Below, one piece after another: positions 31,953 to 42,644 of a stretch of DNA of 64,000 nucleotides. Both the position numbers and the translations under genes were made by a program. The first letter of the stretch is position 1. Every line of letters starts with the position of its first letter. Source of the DNA: an uncultured Actinomycetes bacterium (lineage in GTDB: Bacteria; Actinomycetota; Thermoleophilia; Gaiellales; Gaiellaceae); NCBI GenBank assembly GCA_963766395.1, contig CAVXZD010000006.1:39355-103354 (forward strand), written 5' to 3'. A model generated the notes under the pieces. That model ran no database searches and was not told the DNA's origin. It saw only the letters and a list, made by a program, of their open reading frames with translations.

Positions 31953-34048
31953 GTGCCGCTGATCGTCTCGATCCCGATCGTCCTCGCCTGCGTGGTGGCG
32001 GCGGTCGGCTTCGGCAGCGTCCAGATCTTCAAGCACACGTGCAGCCTCGACTCCCTGCGTCCCGTGCGCATCGGCCAGAACTCGTTCGTCTACGCGGCGG
32101 ACGGGTCGCTGCTCGGCTCGATTCCGGCCGAGCGCAACCGCCAGCCGGTCGAGTACTCCAAGGTCAGCCCCTGGATGAAGAAGGCGACCGTCGCGATCGA
32201 GGACCACCGCTTCTGGAAGCACGGCGGCATCGACTACGAGGGCATCGCGCGCGCCGCATGGAAGGACCTCAGGAACTGGAGCATCGTCGAGGGCGGCTCG
32301 ACGATCACGCAGCAGCTCGTCCGCAACCTCTACATCGGGCGCAACCGCACCTTCAGCCGCAAGCTGAAGGAGGTGTGCCTGGCGATGAAGCTCGGCGACG
32401 CGTGGTCGAAGCAGCGGATCCTGAAGACCTACATGAACCAGGTCTACTACGGGAACCACGCCTACGGCGTCGAGGCCGCAGCGGAGACCTACTACTCGAA
32501 GCGTGCGCGCGAGCTGACCCTGCCGCAGGCCGCGCTGATCGCAGGGCTGCCGCAGGCGCCCGACCTCCTACGACCCGTTCTACCGCTCGAGAGTCGCGCT
32601 GGCGCGCCGGAACGAGGTCCTGCGCGCGATGCTCGACAACCACGACATCAACCGCGGCGCGTACGACTGGGCCGTCAGCCAGGGCTTACGACTCAAGCCC
32701 GGCGAGCTGTACACGCGCATCCGCGAGCCCTATTTCTTCAGCTACGTCCGCGACCAGCTGATCGACAAGTACGGCGCGAACACGGTTCGCTCGGGCGGGC
32801 TCAAGGTCTACACGACCATCGTCCCGCGCTACCAGGCGGCGGCGGTGAAGGCGATCAGGGACACGCTCTACTACCGCACCGACCCGGCCTCCGCGCTGGT
32901 CGCGATCGATCCCGCGACCGGGGCGATCAAGGCGATGACCGGCGTCATCCCCGGCAAGGCGAAGAACGAGTTCAACCTGGCCGCGCAGGCCCGGCGGCAG
33001 GCCGGCTCGACCTTCAAGACATTCGTGCTCACGACGGCCGTGTCGCAGGGAATCGATCCCTCCTCGGCCACGTTCGTCTCCGCGCCGTTCCACTATGAGC
33101 CGAACTCGTCCATCCCCGCCTGGGACGTCTCGACCTACGACCACAGCTACTCCGGCGACATCACGGTCGAGGACGCGACGCTTCGCTCCGACAACACCGT
33201 CTACGCGCAGCTGACCATCCAGGTCGGCGCGCAGAACGTCGCGAACATGGCGCACAAGCTCGGCGTGCGCACGCCGCTGCCGCCCGTTCCATCGATCGGG
33301 CTCGGCTCGATCGCGGTCTCGCCGCTCGAGATGGCCTCCGCCTACGCGACGCTCGCCGCGGGTGGGATCTACTCGAAGCCGATGGCGATCAGGCGCGTCG
33401 TCCTGCCGAACGGCGAGAGCGACTCGCGCCTGGGGCAAGCCGGAGCGCACGCGAGTGATCCCGGACGGGGTCGCCGCGGAGGTGACCCGCATCCTGGGCG
33501 AGAACATCACCAGCGGGACGGGAGTCGGCGCCTACTTCGGCCGACCGTCGGCGGGCAAGACGGGCACGACCGAGAACAACGCGGACGCCTGGTTCTGCGG
33601 GTACACGCCGACGCTCGCGACCTCGGTCTGGATCGGCTACGCGAACGGCGAGATCCCGATGCTCGACGTGCACGGGATCACCGTCTCGGGCCCGACCTTC
33701 CCGACGCAGATCTGGAAGCTGTTCATGGAATCGGCGATCGGCAATACGCCGGCGGTCGACTTCCCGGCCCCGCAAGGTCGCGCCGGTGTGGAAGCCGTTC
33801 ACCCGCGGCCCGTACGCGATCCAGTTCGCGCCGCCTCCGCCCCCGCCGCCGCCGACGACCAAGCCCGAAGCCGAAGCCCGGACACCGGCGCCGCCGCCGC
33901 CCCCGCCGCCGACCGCGGGACCGCCGCCTCCGCCTCCGCCTCCTCCCCCGGCTGAGCCCCCGCCCGCCACCGCCGGTCGAGCCCCCGCCCCCGCCGCCTC
34001 CTCCCGCCGCCGCCCCCGCCGCCGCCTCCGCCCCCGCCGCCGCCCTGA
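31953..34048 (+). CDS. class A penicillin-binding protein (glycosyltransferase GT51 plus transpeptidase) with proline-rich tail, apparent frameshifts
   Basis: ..VAIEDHRFWKHGGIDYEGI..GGSTITQQLVRN.. (ORF 31953..33098), then ..RQAGSTFKTFVL.. (SxxK; ORF 32629..34788), then ..GKTGTTENNADAWFCGYTP.. (KTG; ORF 33362..33955), then the tail ..WKPFTRGPYAIQFAPPPPPPPPTTKPE.. (ORF 33786 frame). The 3' end lies inside a (CCG)n tract, so its position is tentative. Confidence 0.8.
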
Positions 34049-35265
34049 GCCGCGCGGCCGCCGCCGCCGGAGCACTCACCCTCGCGCTCGTCGCGGTCTG
34101 CGCAGCCGTCGCGTGGCCCGGCGACTCGCCGGTCGCGGCTCAGAAAGGAGGCACGACCGCAGGCGACACCACGTGGTCGTGGATCTTTCTCGGCTGCCTG
34201 ATCGGCGCGTTCGCCGCGTACGTCGGCGGCGTCTACCTCATCCGACGTTTCGGCTTGCGCCTCGTCGTGGTCGCCGTCCTTGCCGCCGCGATCCAGCTCG
34301 CGCCGCTGGGCGCGCCGCTCCTGCTCTCGACCGACGCGTGGACGTACTGGGACTACGGCCGGATCGCCGCCGTCCACGACGCGAACCCGTACGTCCAGAC
34401 GCCGTCGGACTTCCCGAACGATCCGGCGTTCCCGTACGTCGGCGAGAAGTGGGTCGACACGACCTCGGTGTACGGGCCGGCCTTCACGCTCGCCTCCGAG
34501 CCGCTCGCGCTGGCCGACGGCGAGTCGGCCGATGCCGCCGCGTGGACCTACAAGACGCTCGCGGCCGTTGCTGCTGCTCGGGGCGGCCGGGCTCGCCGCG
34601 TTCCTCGCGCGCGGCCGCCGCGCGTTCGCCTTCGCGTTCGTCGGGTGGAATCCGCTGCTCGCCCTGCATTTCGCGGGCGGCGGGCACAACGACGTCTGGA
34701 TGGCAGGCTTCGTCATGGGTGCGCTCGCTCTCGGCGCGACGGGGCGGCGGCAGTGGGCGGGAGTCGTCCTGGGTCGCCGCGGTGCTGATCAAGTGGATCC
34801 CGCTCGTCTTGCTGCCGCTGCGCATCGTCGAGGCGCGCGCGAACAGGCGCAGGGTCGGGCACCTCGGATTCGCGGCGGCCGCAGCGGTGCTCGTCGCCGT
34901 CTCGACCTGGCAGTTCGGCAGCCACTGGCTCGGCGCGCTCGGGCCGCTGGTGCGGAACGCGCACGAGGAGACGCGATTCGCGCATCCCCCACCGGCTCGA
35001 GCAGATCGGCTTTCCCGACTGGCTCGCGCTCGCCCTCGTGGCCGCCGCCTTCGCGGTCGCGTACGTGTGGCTCCTGCGCGAGGCCTGGCGCGGGCGCGCG
35101 CGGCTCGGCCTCGCCGCCGGGCTCCTGCTGCTCGCGACGCCGTATCTCGTCCCCTGGTACGCCGTCTGGGTCGTTCCGCTCGCGGCTGCGGAGGAGGATC
35201 GCGCCGCGCAGGGCCTGGCGCTCGTCCTCTGCGCCTACATGCTTCGCCAGACCATCCCGCTCTAG
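34045..35265 (+). CDS. polytopic membrane protein, GT-C-like glycosyltransferase (DUF2029/GT87-like), apparent frameshifts
   Basis: ..GALTLALVAVCAAVAWP..WSWIFLGCLIGAFAAYVGGVYLI..APLLLSTDAWTYWDYGRIAAVHDANPY..SVYGPAFT.., then ..FVGWNPLLALHFAGGGHNDVWM.., ..LIKWIPLVLLPL.. and ..ATPYLVPWYAVWVVPLAA.. in several frames. The proposed CTG start at 34045 is speculative. Confidence 0.55.
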
Positions 35266-36718
35266 CGGTTACGCGGGCGCACGCGCTTGAACACGTAGAT
35301 CTTGTCCCGGTCGAAGACGAGCTTCCAGTCGAGCGCGTGCTTGAGGAACAGGAACTGGCTGCGCGCCTCCTCTCCCGTGACCAGGCGGTCGGCGAAGCTC
35401 GGATGCTTGCCGTCGTAGGCGACCCAGGTCGCGTCCTTGATGCACCGGGAAGCTGAGGAAGCGCGGGCGGGCGGACAGGTGCGCGCCGAGGTTGTTCGTC
35501 GCGCTCACGACCGCGTTCGCCGGGATGAGCTCGAGAGCCTGGGCGGCGATGTGGTCGTGCGCGGAGACGTCGGAGCGGTCGGCGCCCAGCGTCTCCCCGC
35601 CCGGGACGTGCCGCCACAGCGGGAGCGGGCCGAGCGCGTAGTTGCCGATGATCGCGGCGGTGAGCACGCCCCCGGTGATCCAGATGGCCAGCGTCGGCCG
35701 CTTGCCCGCCAGCCACGCCGTCCCCAGCACCGTCGCGGCCAGCAGGATGGGGATCTCGCCGGCGGTGTAGTGGAAGTGGATCGACGTCTGTCCGATGCGC
35801 GCTCGAAAGCAGGTTGATCGCGAGCAGCGGCACGGCGGGGATCAGCGCGAGCGGCGCGAGCAGGCAGATACCCGGCCAGCGGCAGCAGCAGAGTCGAACA
35901 GGTAGCGGATCCCGCGGTGGTCGAACGCGATCTGCAGGACGTGGATCGGGTGCGAGAAGATCATCTTCACCGCCTCCGAGGGCGAGCCGCCGACGTCCTT
36001 GTAGCGGCCGTAGAAGCTCAGCGGCGCGCCGTGCCGGAAGTGCGGCGTCACGAACGTGACGATGACGGCGGTCAGCACCAACCCGGTCGCCGCGACGCCG
36101 AGCCCGAACATGTAGTTCCGGCGCCTGAGCGCGTACCAGAGCCCCATCCCGGCCACGATCAGCGGCATCTCCTCGCGCGTCGTGCACGCGACGAGGGCAA
36201 AGACGCCGAACAGCACGAGCCGGTCTTCGTCCAGGAACCAGAACGCGTAGAGCAGCAGCGGACAGGCGAGCGCGCCGGGGTGGAACTCGTCGAGCGCGAG
36301 CCACTGCAGCGGCGGGTAGATCAGGTAGACGAGCGCGAGCCCGAACGCGGCCCGCTCGGAGCGGAGGTACTTGCGGCCGAGCCAGAAGACGGGGAGTGCG
36401 CCGATCGCGAGAGCGAGCGCCTGGACGGTTACGAGCATGTCCGGGCTCGGCCAGATGAGCCAGAGCGGCGCGAACACGGCCAGGATCGGCTCGAAGTGCG
36501 ATCCGAGCCGCGAGATCTGCTCGCCGTGGAGGTTGGTCTGCTGGAGGAAGCCGTGGCCGTGCGCGGTCGTCCAGATCGCCTGGACGATGTTGCCGAGGTC
36601 GAAGCGCCCGGTGTTGAACGCGCGATGGCGGAGGACCGAGAGCGAGGTGAACACCGCCGCGAACGCGACCATCCCGACCCAGACCAGCGCCTTGCGGCGA
36701 GGGGAGCCTGAGCTTCAC
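35262..36718 (-). CDS. DUF2079-family polytopic membrane protein, apparent frameshifts
   Basis: ORF 35842..36672 (..SLSVLRHRAFNTGRFDLGNIVQAIWTTAHGHGFLQQTNLHGEQISRLGSHFEPIL..EFHPGALACPLLLYAFWF..). Downstream pieces are ..LLAPLALIPAVPLLAINLLS.., ORF 35269..35730, and the tail ..DWKLVFDRDKIYVFKRVRPRNR. GTG 36718 overlaps the upstream stop (GTGA). Confidence 0.6.
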
Positions 36719-37790
36719 GCCAGCTCCCTCGAGGACCTCGCGCCAGCGGTGGCCGAGCACGTCCTCGCTCGCGCGCCGCTCGTAGGCGCTGCCCGGCCGC
36801 CGGCGGCGATGCGCGTGCGAGGAGCTCGCGGTCCTCGGCGGCTCGCCTCAGCGCTGCCGCGAGTGCCTCGGGGTCGCCGGGCGGGACGAGCAGCGCACTC
36901 TCTCCGTCGGTCAGGAGCTCTCGCGCCGCCGGCGTGTCGGCGGTGATCACCGGCGTGCCGCAGGCGATCGCCTGGAAGACCTTGTTCGGGATGACGCGGC
37001 GCGGCCTTCGGAGACGTGCCGAAGATCCCGAGCGCGCAGCGCGCTGCCCGGTAGGAGTCGCCGAGCCGCTCGTACTCGATCCAGGGAACCCACTCCACGT
37101 TCGGCGGGCGCGCCTCGAGGAGCGAGTCGAGCTGTCCGCCACCGGCGACGGTGATGGTGAGCTCCGGGACGAGCCTGGCCGCCGCGAGGATCGTCTCGAG
37201 CCCGTGCAGCGGGATCAGCTTGCCCACGAACAGGAAGTCCGCTCTCGGCGCTCCAGGGCGGATGGAAGATCCGCTCCTCCGCGCCGACCAGGCAGACGGC
37301 GAAGCGCTCGCGCGGCAGGCGGGCGAGGTCGGCGAAGAATCCGGCGCTCTGCTCGGTATCGGCCACCGACAGGTCGGCGGCGCGGAACGCGGCGCGATCG
37401 ATCCGGCGCGAGCGCGCGTCCCGCCGCGCTCCCGGACGAGAAGCGCGCGCGGTCGGACTACCCACGTGTCCCAGAGCGAGACCAGCGGGTTGAAGACGAT
37501 CGGGCCTTCCCCGCGCCGCCCATCTGGCGGCCGGCAGGTCGAGCTGGCCGGGATAGCCGACGACGAGCGACGTCGAAGTCCTCGTCTCGCCGGAGAAGCA
37601 GCTTCAGCTCGGCGCCGGCGAGCCGCGCGAGCGCGCCTCCGCCCGCCTTCCACTTGTGCTCGTCCTCCTCCCAGACCGAGACGTGTCGCTCGCACGACGT
37701 CGACGCCGGCACGGCGGAGGCACGAGATCACCTGGGCGTTTCGCGGATACGTGCGCTCGTACGTCCCGAAATAGAGGACGCGGAGTGAAG
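36715..37790 (-). CDS. GT-B fold glycosyltransferase (family 1/4-like), apparent frameshifts
   Basis: ..RVLYFGTYERTYPRNAQVISCLRRAGVDVV.., ..PIVFNPLVSLWDTWV.., ..FLFVGKLIPLHGLETILAAARLVPELTITVAGGGQ.. and ..VIPNKVFQAIACGTPVITADTPAARELLTDGESALLVPPGDPEALA.., spread over at least 4 frames. Both ends are approximate. Confidence 0.65.
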
Positions 37791-37793
37791 CGG

Positions 37794-38767
37794 CTACTGC
37801 AGGATCTCCTCGACGCGGAGCTCCACGCGTCCGCGCTCGTCCGCACGCTCCTCGTGGTGGCTGATGATCATCTCGCTCATGAGCCCGAGCGAGAAGAGCT
37901 GGATGCCGACGACCACGAGCAGCACACCGAGGATGAGCAGCGGGCGCTTTCCGATCGCCCCGCCGGCGATCTTGACGCCGGTCAGGTAGATCAGGATCCC
38001 GGTTCCGCTCAGGCCGAGGAGCAGTCCGAGGCCGCCGAACAGGTGGAGCGGCCGGTGGCCGTAGCGTCCGAGGAACGAGACGGACAGGAGATCGAAGAAC
38101 CCGCGCAGGTAGCGCTCGACCCCGTAGCGCGAGCGGCCGTGGCTGCGCGGCCGGTGGTTGACCGGGAGCTCGGCGATGCGGTAGCCGCGGTAGTGCGCCA
38201 GCACCGGGATGAAGCGGTGCAGCTCGCCGTACAGCCTGAGGCCCTTGACCACCTCGGCGCGATAGGCCTTGAAGCCGCAGTTCATGTCGTGGAGGTGCAG
38301 GCCCGACATGCGGCCGGTCGTGAAGTTGAAGATCTTCGACAGGAAGCGCCGCCGCCAGCGGATCCTGGCGCTTGCGTCTTCCAGCCGGAGACGAGGTCGA
38401 AGCCCTCCTCGAGCTTGGCCAGCAGGCGCGGGATCTCGGCAGGGTCGTCCTGGAGGTCGCCGTCGATCGTGACGACGATCTCGCCGCGAGCCTGGAGGAA
38501 GCCGGCCTGGAGGGCTGCGGCCTTGCCGAAGTTGCGGCGGAGGCGGACGACGCTGACCTCGTCGTGGGCCGCGTGGAGCCTGGTGAGCGCGGCGAACGAG
38601 CCGTCGGTCGAGCCGTCGTCGACGAAGATGACCTCCCAGGGCCGGCCGAGCGGCTCGAGGGCGGCCTGCAGCTCCTCGAAGAGGAGCGCGAGGCTCCGTT
38701 CCTCGTCGTGGACAGGGACGACGACCGAGATCGAGCCCGCGCCCAGGGGTTCGCCTGCGGCTGTCAC
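37794..38767 (-). CDS. GT2 glycosyltransferase with C-terminal TM helices (polyprenyl-phosphate sugar synthase-like), one apparent frameshift
   Basis: ORF 38282..38767 (..ISVVVPVHDEERSL..VIFVDDGSTDGS..RNFGKAAALQAGF..TIDGDLQDDP..) and ORF 37794..38981 (..MNCGFKAYR..ELHRFIP..RSRYG.. plus two TM helices). Shift near 38370. Confidence 0.8.
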
Positions 38768-38789
38768 GGCAGTAGCTTATGCGGCGCCC

Positions 38790-39991
38790 GTGTCTCGGCT
38801 GCTGAACATCGACGATGCGCTCGAGCTGATTCTCGGCCGAGGTGCGGCCCCTCGAGGCGGAGCCTGTTTCGCTCGGGGAGGCGCGCGGCAGGTACCTGGC
38901 CGAGGACGCAGTCGCTCGCGTCGACCTGCCGCCCTTCCCGAGCTCGGCGATGGACGGATTCGCCGTTCGCTCGGCCGACACGCCCGGGCTCGCTGCCTGT
39001 CGTCTTCCGGATCGCAGCCGGCCGGCCGGCCGACCGTCCGCTCGCGGCCGGCGAGGCCATGGGAATCGCGACGGGCGGCGTCGTGCCCGAGGGTGCCGAT
39101 GCCGTCATCCCCATCGAGTATGTTGTCGATCATGACAACGAAGTCGAGATCCCTGATCCCGTTGCCGCCGGGTGCCAACGTTCGTCCTCGCGGCGGGGAC
39201 GTCCGCGCTGGCGACATCGTCGCTCGCGCGGGTGCGCGTGTCTCCGCCGCCCAGCTCGGCGGCCTGGCCGCAGCCGGGCTTCCGACGGTGCCCGCGCGCC
39301 GCCGTCCGCGGGCCGCCGTCCTGACGACCGGGACCGAGCTCCGAGCCCCAGGCGAGCCGCTCGGGCCCGGGCGAGATCTACGAGGCAAACGGAGTGATGC
39401 TCGCTGCGCAGCTTGCCTCGGCCGGGCGCGCTGGCAGAGGTCCTGCCCGCGGTGGCAGACGACGACGAGGCCCACCGACGTGCGCTCGAGCGCGCGCTCG
39501 AGGCCGACGTGGTCGTGACGTCGGGGGGCGTGTCGGTCGGGCCGCATGACCTCGTGCGCCGGATCGAGGGCGAGTTGGGTGTCCGTGAGGTCTTCTGGGG
39601 CGTGGCCGTCAAGCCGGGAAAGCCGCTCAGCTTCGGCGTCCGTGACGGGACGCTCGTGTTCGGGCTGCCCGGAAACCCGGTGTCGTCGCTCGTCGGCTTC
39701 GAGCTCTTCGTCCGTCCGGCGGTGGAGGCGCTCCAGGGCGCGGCGGAGCCACGACCCCGGCTGGAGCCGGGGACGCTCGCGGCTGCCGTCCGCCGAAACG
39801 GCGATCGGGACCAGTTTCTACGTGGAAATCGCGAGCTTCACGGTGCCGGACTGCCTCGGATCACGCCTCTGAGCGGTCAGGAGTCGCACATGATCGCGCG
39901 CGCCGCCTCTGCCGACGTCCTCGTTCACGTCCCGCGCGGCGAGGGCGAGATCCCCGCCGGGGCCGGCATTCGCTTTCTCACGCTCAGCTGA
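38790..39991 (+). CDS. moeA: molybdopterin molybdenumtransferase, apparent frameshifts
   Basis: VSRLLNIDDALELILG.., ..PFPSSAMDGFAVRSAD.., ..GEAMGIATGGVVPEGADAVIPIEY.., ..GANVRPRGGDVRAGD.. and ..VVTSGGVSVGPHDLV..GVAVKPGKPLSFG..FGLPGNPVSS.. (ORF 39413..39991). At least 4 frame changes. Confidence 0.8.
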
Positions 39992-40000
39992 GCGCGCGCC

Positions 40001-41897
40001 TCAGTGGCCGCCGCGAGCGGCCCGCCGCGGCGCCAGCTCGTCCTCGGGGTAGCGGCGGCGGTTGTTGGCCAGGCGACGAACGCCCGTGCGGAACGGCCCG
40101 CGGCCCCTGCGCTCGGCTGCGGTTGGATACGGCGCGTAGCGGTACGACTCGAGCGCGATCAGCTGTCCGGCGACCGCGAGCCAGGCCAGGAAGATCGCGA
40201 CCGCGGGGAGCGGCACATACCCGATCGCAGTCAGCTCCATCAGGTACCAGGGCGCGTCCAGCCCGAGGCCGAAGCGCCAGGCCATCGAGCCGATCAGCAG
40301 GAACGGGCCGACGAAGCCCGCCGCGAGCAGCAGAAGCCGTACCCATGGCGGTCGGTCGCGCACCTGTGGAAGCCAGAGCCAGGTGTGGACGGACGGGAGG
40401 ATGAAAATCAGCGCAAAGGGGTTCGAGGCGGCCGTCAGCAGCGCCAGGACGGCGAGCGCGAGCAGCGCGCCGCAGTAGCCGGCCAGCCGCTCCTCCCGCT
40501 GGATGGGCCGTCGCGGCAGAAGCCGCTCGCGTGCGACCAGCCAGCCCACGCACGCGAGCAGAAGAAGGCCGACGCAGGCCGAGCGTCGGCCATCGACCTG
40601 CGGCCGTGCTGCTGAGATTGGGGGGTAGGGCGATCCCGCGCGGCCAGGCTCCGACCAGGCTCAGGAAGAGGAACGCCAGCCCTACCCAGGCCCAGAACGC
40701 AAGGCGCCGCACGTAGCTGCGGATCGAGCCGATCAAGCGGATCCGCCGCCGCCGGCAGTAGGCGAACAGGTCGACCGTTGCCGTCAAGAACGGCACCAGA
40801 GCAGCAATCAGAACGAGCGCGAGCGCCCAGCCGGGCAGGAAGCGGGAGCCGAGAAAGACGTAGCTCGAGGAGCCGGCGGTCAGCTCGAGCCCCTGATCGA
40901 GCGATCCGAGCAGCACCTGGGTGGCGCGTCCCATCTGGCCGAGCCGGCGGACGTTGAGGCGATCGGGCGTGTCCGCGGCCGAATCGGCGTGCCTGTCACC
41001 GCCTGACGTGAGGGTCACGGCGGCGATTCCGCGTCCGACGATCGGAGCCTGCTCATACAGGTTGAACGGGAAACCAAGATCGATCATCTGGCCGAGAGCA
41101 CCTGGATGGCGCGGCGCCACCGAGCTCTGCTCCTTCAGCCGCGCCGCCGCGGTCTGAACGAGCGTCGCGGGCGGCGAGCGCGGGGCATCCGCCGCGAACT
41201 GGATCGCAGGCGTGTCCTTGCCGGCCAGCCCGTCGATGTCGACGACGGCCAGGACGCGGTTCCGGTACGGGGAATGCGACGCGAACCGGTGTGCGCCGAG
41301 CGCGCCGTAGTCGCCGCCGTCGGTGGACAGGAAGATGATGTTGTGCGCAGGCCCCGTGCCGGGCGAGGCGCTGCTTCCCGCTCCCAGGCTCGCATAGACG
41401 CGTGCCAGCTCGAGCATCGCTCCGGTGCCCGAGGCGTTGTCGTTCGCGCCGGGGCCGATGCCGGTGTCGTCGCGGTGCGCCATCAGCACGATCGCTTGCG
41501 GTGAGCGTCCGGGCGCGATGGCGACGACGTTTTCGAGCTGCGTCGTGCCCATCCCGGGGATATCGGCGCTGAAACGGTCGACCGTCGGCGTGAACCCTTC
41601 GAGCTCGAACTTCGAGGCGACCCATCGCGCGGCGCGGTGGCCGCCCGGCGTCCCGGGCTTACGGCTCGGGATGGAGCCCGCGAGCTCGTCGGCAAGGTCG
41701 AGCGCCGCCGTCGTGTCGAAGGCCGGTGGAAGGCTCGGCGGAGGGAGCGTCGGCGCCTTCTTGACGCTGAACGCCGCGATCAGCAGCGGGATGGCGACGA
41801 GCAGCCACGTGCCGCGGTACGAGCGGGCGTTGATGGGACGCTCGAGGGAACCGCGACGCGCGCGTCGCCGCACGGGTCGGGGCGAGGGCGACGCCAT
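40001..41897 (-). CDS. M28-family metallopeptidase fused to a polytopic membrane domain, one apparent frameshift
   Basis: ORF 39984..41897 N-terminal part (..NVVAIAPGRSPQAIVLMAHRDD..GANDNASGTGAMLELAR..) continues in ORF 40001..40549 with several TM helices. Shift near 40550-40620. Confidence 0.7.
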
Positions 41898-41912
41898 GCG
41901 GGGCTATAGTAG

Positions 41913-42644
41913 GTGGGAAGCGAGACGTCCGCGCGCCGTCAGCTCATGCCCGACTCAGCGACCATTCTCCTCGTCGACGACGAGGACGCCGTTCAGAAGC
42001 TCCTCACCTATCCACTCGAACGCGACGGGTACCGCGTCGTGCCCGCGAGGGACGGCGAAGAGGCGCTCGAGCAGTTCGCGCGGGAGCGCGTCGATCTCGT
42101 CGTCCTGGACATCATGCTGCCGAAGCTCGACGGTCTCGAGGTCTGCAAGCGGCTCCGTGCGACGAGCCAGGTGCCGATCATCATGCTGACGGCCCGCGAC
42201 GACGAGCTGGACAAGGTGGTCGGGCTCGAGCTCGGCGCGGACGACTACATCACGAAGCCGTTCTCGATCCGCGAGTTCCGGAGCCGCGTACGGGCGCTGC
42301 TGCGCCGCGCCGCGGTCGCACCGCGCGCCGATCTCGAGAGCGAGACGATCTCGGCGGACGGCCTCGTCGTCGACCTCGGCCGGCGGACGGTGGAGGTCGA
42401 GGGGGAGCCGATCCAGCTCACCTACGTGGAATTCGAGATCCTGCGGACGATGATGGCCCGCCCGGGCCGCGTCTTCAGCCGTCACATGCTCCTCGAACAG
42501 CTCTGGGGCGACGCCAGCTATCGCGATCCGCGCACGATCGACGTCCACATCCGGCACCTGCGGGAGAAGCTCGAGGCGGATTCGCGAGACCCGAAGTTCA
42601 TCCAGACGGTCCGCGGCGTCGGCTACCGCTTCCGCGAGCGATGA
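41913..42644 (+). CDS. OmpR/PhoB-family response regulator
   Basis: Intact ORF with receiver domain ..ILLVDDEDAV..DLVVLDIMLPKLDG.. and winged-helix domain ..LTYVEFEILRTM..RTIDVHIRHLREKL..VRGVGYRF... An alternative start is ATG 41946. Confidence 0.9.
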   Translation: MGSETSARRQLMPDSATILLVDDEDAVQKLLTYPLERDGYRVVPARDGEEALEQFARERVDLVVLDIMLPKLDGLEVCKRLRATSQVPIIMLTARDDELDKVVGLELGADDYITKPFSIREFRSRVRALLRRAAVAPRADLESETISADGLVVDLGRRTVEVEGEPIQLTYVEFEILRTMMARPGRVFSRHMLLEQLWGDASYRDPRTIDVHIRHLREKLEADSRDPKFIQTVRGVGYRFRER

